A DNA stretch of 64,000 nt, taken from NCBI RefSeq assembly GCF_009914755.1, contig NC_060947.1, one strand, 5' to 3'. Each line of letters begins with the position of its first letter. The stretch's first letter is position 1. This document shows, piece by piece, positions 1-12,640 of this stretch. A program made the translations under genes and the position numbers. Source of the DNA: the human T2T-CHM13v2.0 reference genome, Homo sapiens. The notes beneath the pieces are model-generated. The model had not been told where the DNA came from and searched no databases. It was given only the letters and a program-made list of their open reading frames with translations.

Positions 1-414
1 CTAATGTTAGTGTTTGACTTTGCTGTGCCAGGCGAACAGACCCCAGTTCGGTTCTGTAACAACATCAGGGCAAAAGTGAAGCTGCAGCCATATTGCTTTT
101 TTGCAGTCAAAATTAGGGAAACAAATGAGAGCTGTGGTTAGCTCTTACCTGTGGCCTCACCTCCTTTGCATGGGGGTAGCCATGGGACCTGAAGCTGCTC
201 TACCTTTTACTGGACTCCTTTTCCGGTGTGCATTCAGCTCTGTGAATAAGGGGCCAAGCTTTTGCTGCAGGATGTCTAGGCATCAGAGGGCAGAGAGAAA
301 AAGACATGGATCACAGATCATCCTCCTCTTTCTAGATCATGCCTGTGGCTCCCAGCTCGTTCTCACGCTCCAATTTTATAGGCAGCTTCCACTCCAGGAA
401 CCAAGAATTTCCCT

Positions 415-889
415 TGTGAAAGGAAAATAAAAACTCAGGACCCCAGTTTGCTATGCAAAAGAAAAACAAAACAAAAATTTAAGCTAAAAGCTGAGTCATG
501 CAAGAAGTGGCCTTTTCCTTTTGTTCCTAAGCAGATAGCTACAGATAAAAGGTTAAACATCGCCACAGGTGGCTGCTCTATGTTCACCGTATCTTATGTA
601 AAGTGCCCATTTACTGAGTGCAAGAGGAATGTACAGTTGACTATTCCTCTACCTGCTCCTTTTCTCTTGCAACCTGTAGATTGAGTAATGTGACCATATC
701 CTCCCTCTTTCCCCTCTAGCCCACATTTCCCCTTTAAATATTGAAGCCCTCAAAATCATCTTTGGAGAAAGGCACAGACCACACAGCATTTCTGTGATTC
801 ATGTTGATCTCTTCTGGACATGTCCTTCTTCTTGGCAAAATAAACTTCTAAGTTGATTGAGACCTGTGTCAGATACTTTTTGGTTTACA
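415..889 (+). mobile_element. Solo LTR, ERV1 MER4 group (MER4C-like)
   Basis: TGTGAAAGGAAAATAAA start, TTTGGTTTACA end, AATAAA near 839; 4-bp TSD CCCT (411-414 / 890-893). Confidence 0.85.
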
Positions 890-1424
890 CCCTCAAGGAG
901 AATCCCGCCTTCCTCACTGCCCAACTGCACCAGGAGTTGTTTGCGGTCTTTTGTGTGCTGATTGGTCATGTTAATCACTTTCTTCTTAGTTGGAAGATAG
1001 AGTTGAGAGCTCAGTGATGTGGTTTTTATATTGTTTCCTGTCCTTCCATGCATGTGGGTCACCACCACCACCCTATCTAGACAGTAACCTCCTCAAAAAC
1101 AGGGACGTCACGTTCTACTCCTATGTCCTTATTCCTTTGCTGATGCCCTGAAAGATATAAATGCAGGGTAGCATGGTTATGCAAGGTGCAAACACATGCT
1201 TCCTTTTGAGTCAGGTGAACTAACACTTGAACAATTAAAAGCAAAGGGCACCGTGATATACAGAGTAGTGCAAACAGACTCACTCAAAATGCAGTATGTG
1301 CGCAGCAGGCAGGGGTTTAAATTGCGTATCTCATGTGTTTGATTGCAAATGAGGAAAACTGTAATAGTCAAAGCTATCTAACATGTAGGTTGTGGTACTA
1401 GACACACAAGCACTCATTGTGGTA

Positions 1425-2053
1425 TGTCAGGTAAAAACACATCTAGATGTAGGAAAGGAAAACTTTATTCAAAAAGATTATTGCAATAAGGAGGGGTACT
1501 GTTCTAATAATGGGAAGGGGAGTATTGGCATGTGGAGCTGCACAGAGGGTAAGATCTTCAAGCATGTCAAAGGTCAGGCAGAAAGGAATTTAGAGACAAT
1601 CCACTGGAAAGGACCAGACGTGGGCGAGTGGGTGACATACTTGGACCAGACAATGTCTTCCTTGTGGTAAGGTCAGTTAATTCTCAGGAGAGACCCTTAA
1701 GAGGGTCTGTGTCCTGGCTCAAACTGAGATTGGGTCAAAGTTCAGAATCCTCTGGGCAAAGCAGAGATGTAAATGAACTGGGTCCAATCCTGTGAATGAG
1801 CATTGCATTCCGATGCATCTGTGGGGAGCAATAGTTTAGCTAACCTTTTATGAGGCAAAAAATAGGAATTTGAAGGGTTTGTGTATGTCTTTGTCGTAAG
1901 TGAAAATGACAGTGGGAGGGCATCCATGAATCTTTTCGAAGGCATGGGGGAAGGGTGGTTTATGGAGTAACCGGTTTCTCAGAACACACCAAAAAGTACA
2001 GGGGGTATTTCTTCATTGTTACTGTTTTCCTGGAGCACAGGTATAGTTTAACA
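1425..2053 (-). mobile_element. Solo LTR, MER67 family (ERV1)
   Basis: Minus strand has GTGCTCCAGGAAAACAGT, AAACCACCCTTCCCC and TTGCAATAATCTTTTTGAATAAAG...TGACA as in the recalled MER67 consensus; no clear TSD. Confidence 0.7.
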
Positions 2054-2135
2054 TTGTCAATTGCATTTATGACTTCTGGTTCCTTCAGTAGCCTTCAAAG
2101 TCAAGGCTACCCATCCTTAACATGTAATGTTGCAT

Positions 2136-2138
<3 letters not shown>

Positions 2139-2166
<28 letters not shown>
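2139..2166. repeat. (CA)14 microsatellite
   Basis: Direct reading. Confidence 0.95.
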
Positions 2167-2254
2167 ACTTATATTTGCCTTGTGCACTGGGATAAATGGG
2201 TGAGTTTATTGAGCCCAGTCTCTCTACCCTGGTATACCATTAGGAAGATCTGCT

Positions 2255-2335
2255 ATAAAATAGGTACTATTATCCCCATTTTTCAGATGTTCAGAATGAA
2301 TCTCAAAGCGGTCATATGATCTTCTCTAAGGTAAG
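2255..2335 (-). mobile_element. MIR core fragment
   Basis: TAGGTACTATTATCCCCATTTTTCAGATG resembles the reverse-complemented MIR core. Confidence 0.7.
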
Positions 2336-4600
2336 ATCTACATTTCTAACTTCTCTAACTTTCCTACTTAATAGTAGGACAAGGGTCAAATTCCACTGGC
2401 ACTGGATTCCAGTCTTCCTGTCCTCTACATTTTTACCCCAAAATAACCACAATAAAAAGATTGTTTCTTAGTTTTTGAGGCAGTGTGCTTCACGGATGTC
2501 AAAGCAATAAAACTTGAGGACAAAAAGACAGACATCTAGAAAAGTAAGATGAGCGTTCACTCCTGTCACCTCAGTGAAAAACTGCAACCTGTCATGATGT
2601 TTTCTTACCAGAAGGTAGAGATTCAGTTGCTGGGTGTGGGTTGGAGTAAAACATAGAAAACTTGAGACACAAAGGGAGCTCTATGTTTGAGGCAAGATGG
2701 CAAAATGGCAAGTAAAAGTCAAAATGACGTCCTTCCATTTTCTCTGTGGTTGCTGTCTTTGGCGGTTTTTTTTGCAATCACAGTATGATGAGAAGGAAGG
2801 TACATCTGTATCAAACCCCATGCATAAGTACAAGCAATTGCTCCTATGATAGAGTAGCCTGTTAGGGAAGATTTATTTGATAATCAAACAAAAACCCGAG
2901 CAAGTTCTGCATGCCCACTGGCAAGAAAAACATTTAAAGAGGGCTAACCAGCACGGTTTCCCTTTCCCTCCCCTTTCTGTCTTACCTGTCCTTAAAATGC
3001 ATCCAACTGAGATGTCAAATACTTTGCAGAAGCTCCTTATCCACAAAGCAAGACCAACACTTACAACCAAATTGCAAAGAAACATATTAGGTTTCTAGAT
3101 GGTCTGATTTAGAAAGCATATATTGAACCACAAATAATGGATTAATGGATTCTCCGCAGTACTCAGCCAGATGAATAATGATGGCTTGATTCAGCAGTGG
3201 GAGTTACTTATGGGTGCCGGCTAATCAGGGCCAGAGGAGCAGGTCCTGGCTGCCTTTTCCTTGTGCATGCTCGGAGGTGGCCAAGTATCTTTCTAGATGA
3301 CAAATGGGCCGTGCCAGGGAGTGTAAAATGTACAGGTTTGCAATGTTCCGTGCTATGTTGGCTCTTGTTGAAAAAAGCTGCAGAAGGGGCAGGCTGAACT
3401 TATCCTGCATCCTCGTCCTTGGAAGCTAAAGCTCAGATCACTCTGTGGTCATAGGCTGGCAGGTGCAATGAAGGGTGAGGAGTTTGTTTCTGGGACGTTG
3501 ACTGAAAAAATGACTTTAATCTGATATTCATAAACCATAGCAACTGGCGGTTGAAAAAAAAATGATTTAGTAACAGAGGCCAGCGTGGTAGAGGTGAACA
3601 AAAAGGAACGCACCAAGATGGACGTGTTACAAAAGCAAGGGCAAAACTGGTTCACCCAAAATATTTGTATCCTTACTTCTACGATGGAATGGCGTCTTTT
3701 CCAAAGCAGTGGGATCTTTTGGAACAAAACATGGGGAGGTAGTTACTGTGGTTGGTTGGGAGGGAAATGAACATCTCTGAAGCAAACGTTTTCTATTTTA
3801 AACAAAACAAAACAATACAATACATTCTAGCCCCTCCAAAACCCCCCTTTCCCTTTCTAAAGACTAGGTGAAATTCATATTTTAATTATGTGATTCCTCT
3901 CCCAAATGGGATGACGTTGTCAGCTATGAATTACCAAAGCTGCCTCTTTTATCTCCTTCCCAGAATACACAAAGCAAAGGTCTAAATGTGATTTTGGTGA
4001 ATATGTACTTTTTTTTTTTTTTCAAATGACAGAGGCAAAGAGGGGAAAATGAATGTCTTAATCCTACAGCCCCCTCCTGGGGAATCTGTGCCACAGGGAA
4101 ATGGAAATGACAGTGGGGCTGAGTGATCATGTGGTTCAACTCTCTGCCTCTTCCTCTACCAACCACCTCCTCCTGCTCTTCCATCAATCTCCACTTTTCT
4201 ACTTTTGTGCTTTTGTTCCTCTCCCTCCAGGTTCTCCCAGGGGTGCACACACTCATTTATTTATTCAGCAGGCACACAAATGATTTACCCTGAGTTCGCG
4301 GGCAAAGCAATTATATTCTTAATCAAATCAAGATGAACTCAGGAAATAGACTACATAATTTCTTGTTAAGAGTGAGCATCTCTTTGAAAAAGACCATAAC
4401 ATGTATTCAGTGGTGTATGACCAGTCGGTCTTGAGATGACTCAAACCCGTTTAGCTGTTTTCTAAAAGTCACAGACAGTGCTTTTCCAAATGATTCAAAT
4501 TATCGGGGAAAAAATCTTAAATCATCTGAACATGGAAATCAAGTATACTCCAGGATATCAAGTATATTCCTTAAGATCGGTTGGAATGTTAAATTCCAAC

Positions 4601-4705
4601 ATTTATATATATATATAAAATATAGCGTGTACATATATAATATAGTGTATATATAGAATATAAATATATATGTGTATATATATACACATATATATATTTA
4701 TATTT
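4601..4705. repeat. Degenerate (TA)n low-complexity tract
   Basis: Direct reading. Confidence 0.9.
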
Positions 4706-5654
4706 TGGAAAGAGACTTGGAGATTTAAGTGATTCATCCTGTCCCTTTTAGCATTGTTCACTTCCAATATTGAAATCAATTTTTCATCCTTTGAATAACT
4801 TGGAAGTTTCCCCTCCACATATGTTTTTCAATGAGCCTTTTACAGTGAAATAATGATGCACATAAATCCTCTCTTCTAAAAGGAAGGATTGGGATTTTAC
4901 CTCCTCTTCAATTGAAGATCTGTAGACTATTTCCATTAAAGATGAGTTATTCCAAATCAGATCCAGGTAGTTAATCAGTTGCTATTAAACCAGAGTAAAT
5001 TGTGCTGTGCTGGGTTTTAATGGTGAAGATTTTTCTACTGAAAAACAAATGCTGCTAGACCTATCCTAAAGACTTCTGATGCAATATCTCTTCATCAGCG
5101 TGCAGAGCATTTGTTGTATTTTCAATACGATATTCAAAGGTTAAATGTTTTTATTAATAGTACTGGGAATATTTTAGTCCGAATGCCACAGAGAGGGAAT
5201 TAGGATAACACGACAGATCCACTTCTAAGGGCACACACTGGTAAAAGAATAATATCTAATTTCTACATTGAACATTCAGATTGCTTTCTTTGGGGCTTAT
5301 GTTTTATTTACTGGTGAGGAAATGACTCTTTAACTATATTTAAACTGAGGTTGCATGAATATTTAAAGTGATGGTTTCAACCAGAGGAACATTTTCATTA
5401 TGGGATGAACGACAGAAAAAATATTCCACTCGACTTTCTCTGAAAGGTTGCAAAGCTTTAAAACCATTCTCTTAAAACATTGATATTCACCACCTTACTT
5501 ATGAAAATAAATAGACTGGGAATAAATAGCCTAGCACTGGTCCTTTATATTCCTGCATTAAAAAGAAAATTAGATAGACCCTCAAAATATGTAAAGCGAT
5601 CACCTAAAGGTTGAAATGAATCTAGTATAATGGCCACAATGATATCTTACCTGT

Positions 5655-5830
5655 TCTTAGAACTTTATATGCACTGCATCCTCAAAACCACTCAGCAAAT
5701 GGATTGTTGCTATTATGCCCACTTGGCAAAGAAGGAAATTGAGGTGGAGAGACATTAGATAATTGCCTGGAATCCAAATTTAAGTAAGGCAAGGAGATGG
5801 ATTAGGTACCCAGGTGGGTCTACCGAGTGT
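5655..5830 (-). mobile_element. MIR (diverged)
   Basis: TATTATGCCCACTTGGCAAAGAAGGAAATTGAGG resembles the MIR core. Confidence 0.6.
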
Positions 5831-6137
5831 GAGTTTGTAACTATACACCCAAGCACAGAGGAATTCTCTCTTCTTCAGAGAGGAAGAAAACTCACATCCG
5901 TAAATCCACAAGATCAGAGACTTAGTACAAATAATTGTAAAATCATTTATTAAGCACCTGCTGTGTACGAAAACACAGAGTACCATGAGAAGAAAATTGT
6001 ACAGAGCTAGGCAAGACAGGACTCCTTTCAAAAAGAGATGATACATGAGAGAGAAACAAACTCTAATAATTATAGAACAAACTTTTGGTTAATAAGAAAA
6101 AAAATTTTAACCAGGATACTACATACTCTAAAGATGA

Positions 6138-6452
<315 letters not shown>

Positions 6453-6839
6453 TTCTAAGGATGACATTTAACTATTTTGTTTATTTTTGTTTGTTTGTTT
6501 TGCATGAGACCATCATAATCCTGTCACCACAATGTTGATTAAAATTTATACTTCTATTTTTTAAAATATAAATTTTAATTTTTAAGGGCTCATTGAATTT
6601 AGGTTTGACAAATCTTTCTTATCCCAACATATAGCTCCTGTTTCTGGTATAGGTTTGGGTTTTTCCCAACAGAAAAAAAAAGTAATAAAAGTAAATATGT
6701 AAGACAGTCTAAAAACTGATTAGTGTCTTTCTCTGTCGTTTTTCTGAAATTTAGCATCGCTGCCAATCAACTCTAGAAATGGTTATCTTCAGGTCTAAAA
6801 CAATACCGGACTGAGATTCATAAGATAAGGGAAAAAATA

Positions 6840-7281
6840 CAATCATGCCACATAACCACATTTTGGTCAATGACAGATCACATAAACAGTGGTGGTGCTA
6901 TAAGATTTTAGTACTGTAGTTTTACTATAACTTTTCTGTATTTAAATATGTTTAATCACAGAAATACTTTAATCCCATATTTTTACTTTACATATTCTTT
7001 GTTTAAATATGATTTTAATACTGTATTTTTACTGTACCTTTTCGTGTTTAAATATGTTTAGATACACAAACACTGACCATTGTGTTACAATTGCCTGTAA
7101 TATTCATTATGGTAACACACTGTACAGGTTGTAGCCAAGGAGCAATAGGCAATATCACACAAGTGTGACGTAGGCTACGCTGTCTAGGCTTGTGTAAGCA
7201 CATGCTATGATGTTTGAACAATGACATCACCTCAAGACTGTTTCTCAGAATGTATCCCTCTAGTTAAGCAATGCCTGACTA
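6840..7281 (+). mobile_element. Tigger3a/MER7A-like DNA transposon MITE with internal triplication
   Basis: TA-CAATCATGCCACATAAC start, GTTAAGCAATGCCTGACT end; diagnostic GATACACAAACACTGACCATTGTGTTACAATTGCCT. Confidence 0.85.
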
Positions 7282-7472
7282 TCAGATTCCCTTTTAGCCT
7301 TTGACATTAAGGCATTTATTCTCTACTGGGAAAGCCAGATTTCGCTGAAGTAAAAGATACCAATATAAAAAAGTATATATTCAACTCTCAAGTATCCCCC
7401 TAAGGGAAAAGTACTACAGGGAACAGAGAAGGGAGTGAGTGATGAGAAGAACCGTGGGTTTCGTGCCCATGC

Positions 7473-8789
7473 TGTGGTTGGCACAATAATGTAGAAAATA
7501 AAATACAATTTCAGGACCCTCTAAATTTATGATGTCAAGGAGGGAGTTAAGCCCTGGAAAGTGAGTCATGTAGCATGCTTGCAATTCTGCTTCTTAGATA
7601 ATAGCTTAACTCTCTTCTTTACTACTCTTGTTCTGTAAATGACTAGGAGAGACCGGAGACTAGGCCTTCCCCTTCCAATTACTGATCTTTGTTATAGATT
7701 AACTGTCTCCTCTATTTATTGTCCTGTACCTAACTCAGACCAGATGGTGTCCAAAACCACTTCTCAGTCATATCTTAAGTGTGGAATATTAAATACACCT
7801 TTCCTCAAAAAATAAGACTATGTTGCCTAATCAGATCATTGTGACTGCATCAAACATCATATTGAAAGATGTTGAAATTCTGTTAAACTTCTCTGAACGT
7901 TGTCTAAATAAGTGATCCCAAACTTCCACATTTTGAAACACTGACTTCCATTATTTGGAATCTGTGCTTCCCAGGGCAGCCTGTCCTAAACCTTGTGCTT
8001 GAGTAAACCCTGTTTAAACTAGATTCTGACCTTTTTGATTAAAGTTGGCAATAACGACCCCCCACCCAAAGATGTCCACGGTCCTAATCCTCAGAATCTA
8101 TGATTATGCCGTTACATGGCAAAGGAAAAATTTGTTGTTTATTTGATGTTAGGTTGATGTTATTTGATGTTAGATTTCTAACTAGATGTGTAATTTTGTG
8201 TTCATGGGCAAACAGCAAGCCTATAACGTAATTACTTGTTTCTGTGATGATTGAGATGTACAGGAAATATAGTTTATATGTTTGCTCCGTTTTATTTCCG
8301 AATTTTAGTATTCAACACTTATTTACTTAACATCAAATAAAAACCAAATGTTTTGGTTTGATGTTAAGCTGTAGCTGCCATTGAGGCTGTTAATCCAGTG
8401 ACTGTGAGATGGGGAGATCATCCTGAATTATCAGGTGGGACCAGTGTAATCACAGGGGTCCTTCATAATGGGAGAGGGAGGCAGAAGAGGTCAGACAAAA
8501 AGATGTGAGGACTGCACCAGAGTCAGAGAGAGGCTATGTTGTTGGGTTTGCAGATGAATGGAAGGGACCATGAGCCATGCAAAGCTGACAGTCCTTAGGA
8601 CCTGGAAAAAGCAAGAAACCACCTTTCCTTGAGCATCTGCAGGTACACAATCCTGCCAACAGCTTGATTTTGCTCCAGTGAGACCAGTTTTGCCTTTCGA
8701 GCTCCAGAATTGTAAGGTAATATATTTCTGTTGTTTTAAGCCATTCTCCTTTTGGTAATTTGTTACAGCAGCCAGAAAAAAACCAAACA
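7473..8789 (+). mobile_element. MLT1 (MLT1E/D-like) MaLR LTR, interrupted by a MER34-like LTR and a ~235-bp insert
   Basis: TGTGGTTGGCACAATAA|...CCCAAAGATGTCCACG...GGTAATTTGTTACAGCAGCC; 5-bp TSD CATGC (7468-7472 / 8790-8794). Confidence 0.8.
7490..8050 (+). mobile_element. Solo LTR, MER34/MER4 group (ERV1), nested in MLT1
   Basis: TG...CA ends; 4-bp TSD ATAA (7486-7489 / 8051-8054); the flanks rejoin as the MLT1 5' end. Confidence 0.8.
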
Positions 8790-9119
8790 CATGCAAATAC
8801 TTGCTCTGAAAACACTGCTCTCAGACGTTGCAAGTGGACTCATGCTTCTTTCTCCCAGAAGGAGTCAACCTTACCTTTCTGATGCTGCTGTGGAGAACTG
8901 CAGTCTGGTGTAGATAAGCGTATCCCAGGCACCATGCCATGGTGTAGACAACTCTTCACACTTAGTCTCCACCTTGAAAGCAGGGGTCATGTCTTAGTCA
9001 TGTTTGTATGACTGTTGAATGTTCTGTGGGTGATTAATAAAGGTTACAAGTGGACACGGATAAACACACACTGAAGTATTTAAAAATCGAGTTGGGTGAG
9101 TAATCTCAATGTTGCCAAG

Positions 9120-9440
9120 ACTCAATCACACTACTCCAGGACTGGTCATTAGAACATCAGCTTGGTCCTTGCAGGAGCTTGTTAGAAATGCAGAATTTCA
9201 AACCTTCACCCCAGTCTGAGTTAATTATATCCTACATGTTAAGAAGATAACAAGAAGGTTCCCATACAGATTAAAGATCGAGAAGAACTCTTCTAGGTAA
9301 GTGGCTCTCAACTATAGCTGCACATTGTAAATCAAGGTCAGCGTCTGGTTTTATTGCTTTAAGAGGTGGCCTTGACGTCAGGATTTTACACGAAGAGCTC
9401 CTTGGGTCATTCTAATGTACAGCCAAGGATAAGAACCACT
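9120..9440. mobile_element. Two adjacent MER5-family hAT MITEs
   Basis: GGAGCTTGTTAGAAATGCAGAATT and CATTCTAATGTACAGCCAAGG...AGAACCACT motifs. Confidence 0.7.
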
Positions 9441-10151
9441 CTTTCGGCTTCAACACTGTTTTTCACTTAAGTTGGCTTTGTATAGACCTACCATCATTCA
9501 CCTAATATCAATCCTAAGTCCAAGATGTACCATATTCATGGAATAACCACTTTCTCTTGTCAATCCTTTCCTCCTTCCTTTTGGGAGAATGTATTTCAGG
9601 TACTACATTTCTACAAAATGTAGAACATATTTCTCCTTGCCAAACAATCTTATATTACCTAAAGACATGTTTCTGATTTGAAATAGAAAGATGATCCTTT
9701 AAGAAACGAAGAATACTCATCTTAGAAAATACTCTAAAAATTCTCACTTCAGTGTTGTGAAACTCAAATTATGTTTTATTAAAAAATTGGTGTAAAACCT
9801 TGTTAAGGGCATATGTCACAGATTTGCTTATTTTGAAAATAAATTGTGGAATATGCAAACAAAATGAGTGTTTTATTAATTTCATAACATTCTAATTCTT
9901 AGAAAGCTAGTGGAAATATTTTTATCTTAGAGAATAAGTATTATGTGGTTACCTGTCAAGACAAAATGAAACTAAATTTCAAAATGTACCAAATAAATGT
10001 GATTGTTACTGGCTTTATCAAAGCATGTACATTCGTTTGAGATTTTGCTATTATTAGAGTATGAAAGGAAGACTTCTGCAGAGTTGTTGTATTGAAGTCT
10101 TTTATGTTCCTCAACATCCTTTCTTCTCCAACTCTTATGTCATCACATCTT

Positions 10152-10572
10152 TGTGGTGCTTTACACAAGTATAATTGGCAACAACATTTCATGCTGCTTT
10201 GCTTAGGGCTTCCCTGACATCTCAGCATGAGACATCTGCAAAGCCCACCACCCATGGGGAGCCACAAATCATAGTGCCAATGGTGCCGTCCTTGGCCACT
10301 GCTTATCAGAAGCTGTAAAATAAGTGGCTTACCCCTTTGATGTCTCAGATAGACAATTTTAAGGTGTATTTCAGAGGCTTTTCAGAAGGTCTCTGACAGG
10401 ATTGAACATGTGCTTTTCTGGAGGTGGATGAGTCAATGAAGCATCCTTGTACTGAGTGTTCTCTGTTTTATTCCCTTTGTTCTAGACTCCTTCTTCCTGG
10501 AACTACATTCTTACCTAAAGTATCCACCTAGAAGCTTTTCCTGCCACTGTTAAGGGAAGCTTAGGTAAGACA
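10152..10572 (+). mobile_element. LTR16-like ERVL LTR (old)
   Basis: 3' end resembles ...GGGAACCCAAACTAAGACA; internal AGAAGGTCTCTGACAGGATTGA. Confidence 0.55.
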
Positions 10573-10579
10573 ATAATCA

Positions 10580-10730
10580 CACTATTTGTTTATCTTTCTT
10601 CCTCATTAGCCTGCATGTTTCTCTTGAAGATGAAGCTTTTAACTCACATATCTTTGCAGCTCCTCACAACTACCACACAACTTGGAATAAAACAGGCACT
10701 TAAAAATTATTTGCTGAATCAGTGAATGCA
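10580..10730 (+). mobile_element. L2 3' end
   Basis: CAGGCACTTAAAAATTATTTGCTGAAT...GAATG resembles the L2 tail. Confidence 0.55.
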
Positions 10731-11012
10731 TTTCAGGACTCCACTTCTCCAAGAACTTTGCTTTTGATGTCTCTAGTTTTTTTCCAATGCTAAAATGCTC
10801 CATCTGCCCTACCCAGCATTTTCTATAGCATAATCAAGCACTTAAGTCCTGTTCACTGCAAGATGCTCAAGGACTTAACTCATATTCACTACTTGTGTTT
10901 CAGTCTCAATTTGTCCATTTTACAGACAATTTCTTGAAGATAGAAATTCATAAATTTCATTTCAAGTAAGAAAACCTATGAAAATACTTGGTCAACAGTA
11001 AAAAATACACTA

Positions 11013-11888
11013 GTGATGATGATAATGATGATTGTGATGATGATGGTGATGATGGTGATGATGATGATTGTGATGATGATCGTGATGATGATGATGATAA
11101 TTGTGATGATGATGGTGGTGATGGTGATGATGATGATGGTAATGATTGTGATAATGTTAATGGTAATGGTGATGATGATGATGATGGTGATAGCAATGAT
11201 CATGATGATGGTGATAATAATGATGATGGTGATGTTTGTGATGATGGTAGTAATGATGGTGATGGTGATCATGGGTGATGATAATTGTGATAATGATAGT
11301 GGTGATGGTGATAATAATGGTGATGGCAATAATGATGATAATGGTGATGATGGTGATGGTATGATGGTGATAATGATGATGATTGTGATGATGGTGGTGA
11401 TGGTGATGATGGCTGATGATGATGATTGTGATGATGATAATGGTGATGGTAATGATGACGGTGATGATGGTGATGGTGGTGATGATGACGGTGATGGTGA
11501 TGATGATTGTGATGATGATGATGGCTATGTAAATGATGATAATGATTATGGTGATGATGGCGATGATAGTGATGGCAATGATGGTGATGCTGATTGTGAT
11601 GATGGTGATGGTGATGGTGAGGATGATGATGGGGATGAAGGTAATGATGGTGATGGTGATGGTGAGGATGATGATGGGGATGAAGGTAATGATGGTGATG
11701 GTAATGATGATAGTGATGGTGGTGATGGCAATGATGATAATGATGATTGTGATGATGATGGTGATGATAATTATTGTGGTGATGACAATGATGGTGATGG
11801 TGATAATGATGATAGTGATGGGGATGATGGTAATTATTATGATGATGGCAATAAGGACAGTGATGATGACAATGATGATAATGTGATG
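11013..11888. repeat. Complex (GAT/GGT/AAT)n trinucleotide array, ~875 bp
   Basis: Direct reading; explains all low-complexity ORFs at 10957-11933. Confidence 0.97.
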
Positions 11889-12188
11889 ACCAACAGTCAG
11901 ACAGCCTATATTTAGGATAAAAGCTGAGCTCACAGATTAGCAGACTTCCATAGTTAATTCTTTACCTGAGGGTGGGTCACAAAGCAAGGTCCCTTTCTAT
12001 GCAAGGCAGAGGGAAGTCGGCATGCTCAATTCCAATTTACTGAATTTCTATAGCAACAATGGCTGTATTGTTTGACCACCATCAAATGTTATCCTAGTTG
12101 TAGTCCATGTGTCCCATAGGAAGGCAATCTATGCATTCCCATTTACATCTCAAACTGTCTTATCAAAGGAGATTCTAGCACTTTTAGT

Positions 12189-12640
12189 AAATCCTGTCAT
12201 TTGCAACCAAGCATTATGCTAATCTAAATAAATCAGGCAGAGAAAGACAAATGCATGATCTCACTGATGTGTGGAATTTTAAAAGTTGAACACATAAAAG
12301 CAGAAGGTAGAATGATGGTTACCAGGACTGGGGAGTGGGAAACTTGGGGAGATGATGGTCAAAGGGTACAAACTTTCAGTTATTATAAAAGATGGACAGG
12401 TTCTGGAGACCCAATGTACAGTATGGTGATGATAGTTAACAATACTGTATTGTATACTTGAAATGTACTAAGAGAGTATATCTTAAGTGTCCTCACTACA
12501 CACACACACACAAATGCTAACTATATGAGGTGATAGATGTGCTAACTTGATTGTGGTAATCATTTCACAATATATACATATAGCAAAGCATCACATTGTA
12601 CAACTCAAATGTATGATTGTTTTTCAATCTACCTATAATA
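12189..12640 (+). mobile_element. L1MA (L1MA9/10-like) 3' end
   Basis: AAATCCTGTCATTTGCAAC...GTTAACAATACTGTATTGTATACTTGAAA...GATTGTGGTAATCATTTCACAAT. Confidence 0.85.

Noticed and set aside
4580-4600. 8-bp-stem hairpin GTTGGAAT...ATTCCAAC (similar ones near 36422 and 45264)
   Set aside because: Stems this short are expected by chance in 64 kb; terminator logic does not apply to this eukaryotic DNA
10957-11933. Long ORFs (up to 300 aa) rich in Asp/Met/Ile/His
   Set aside because: Translations of a trinucleotide array that lacks stops by composition; no promoter, splice or codon evidence
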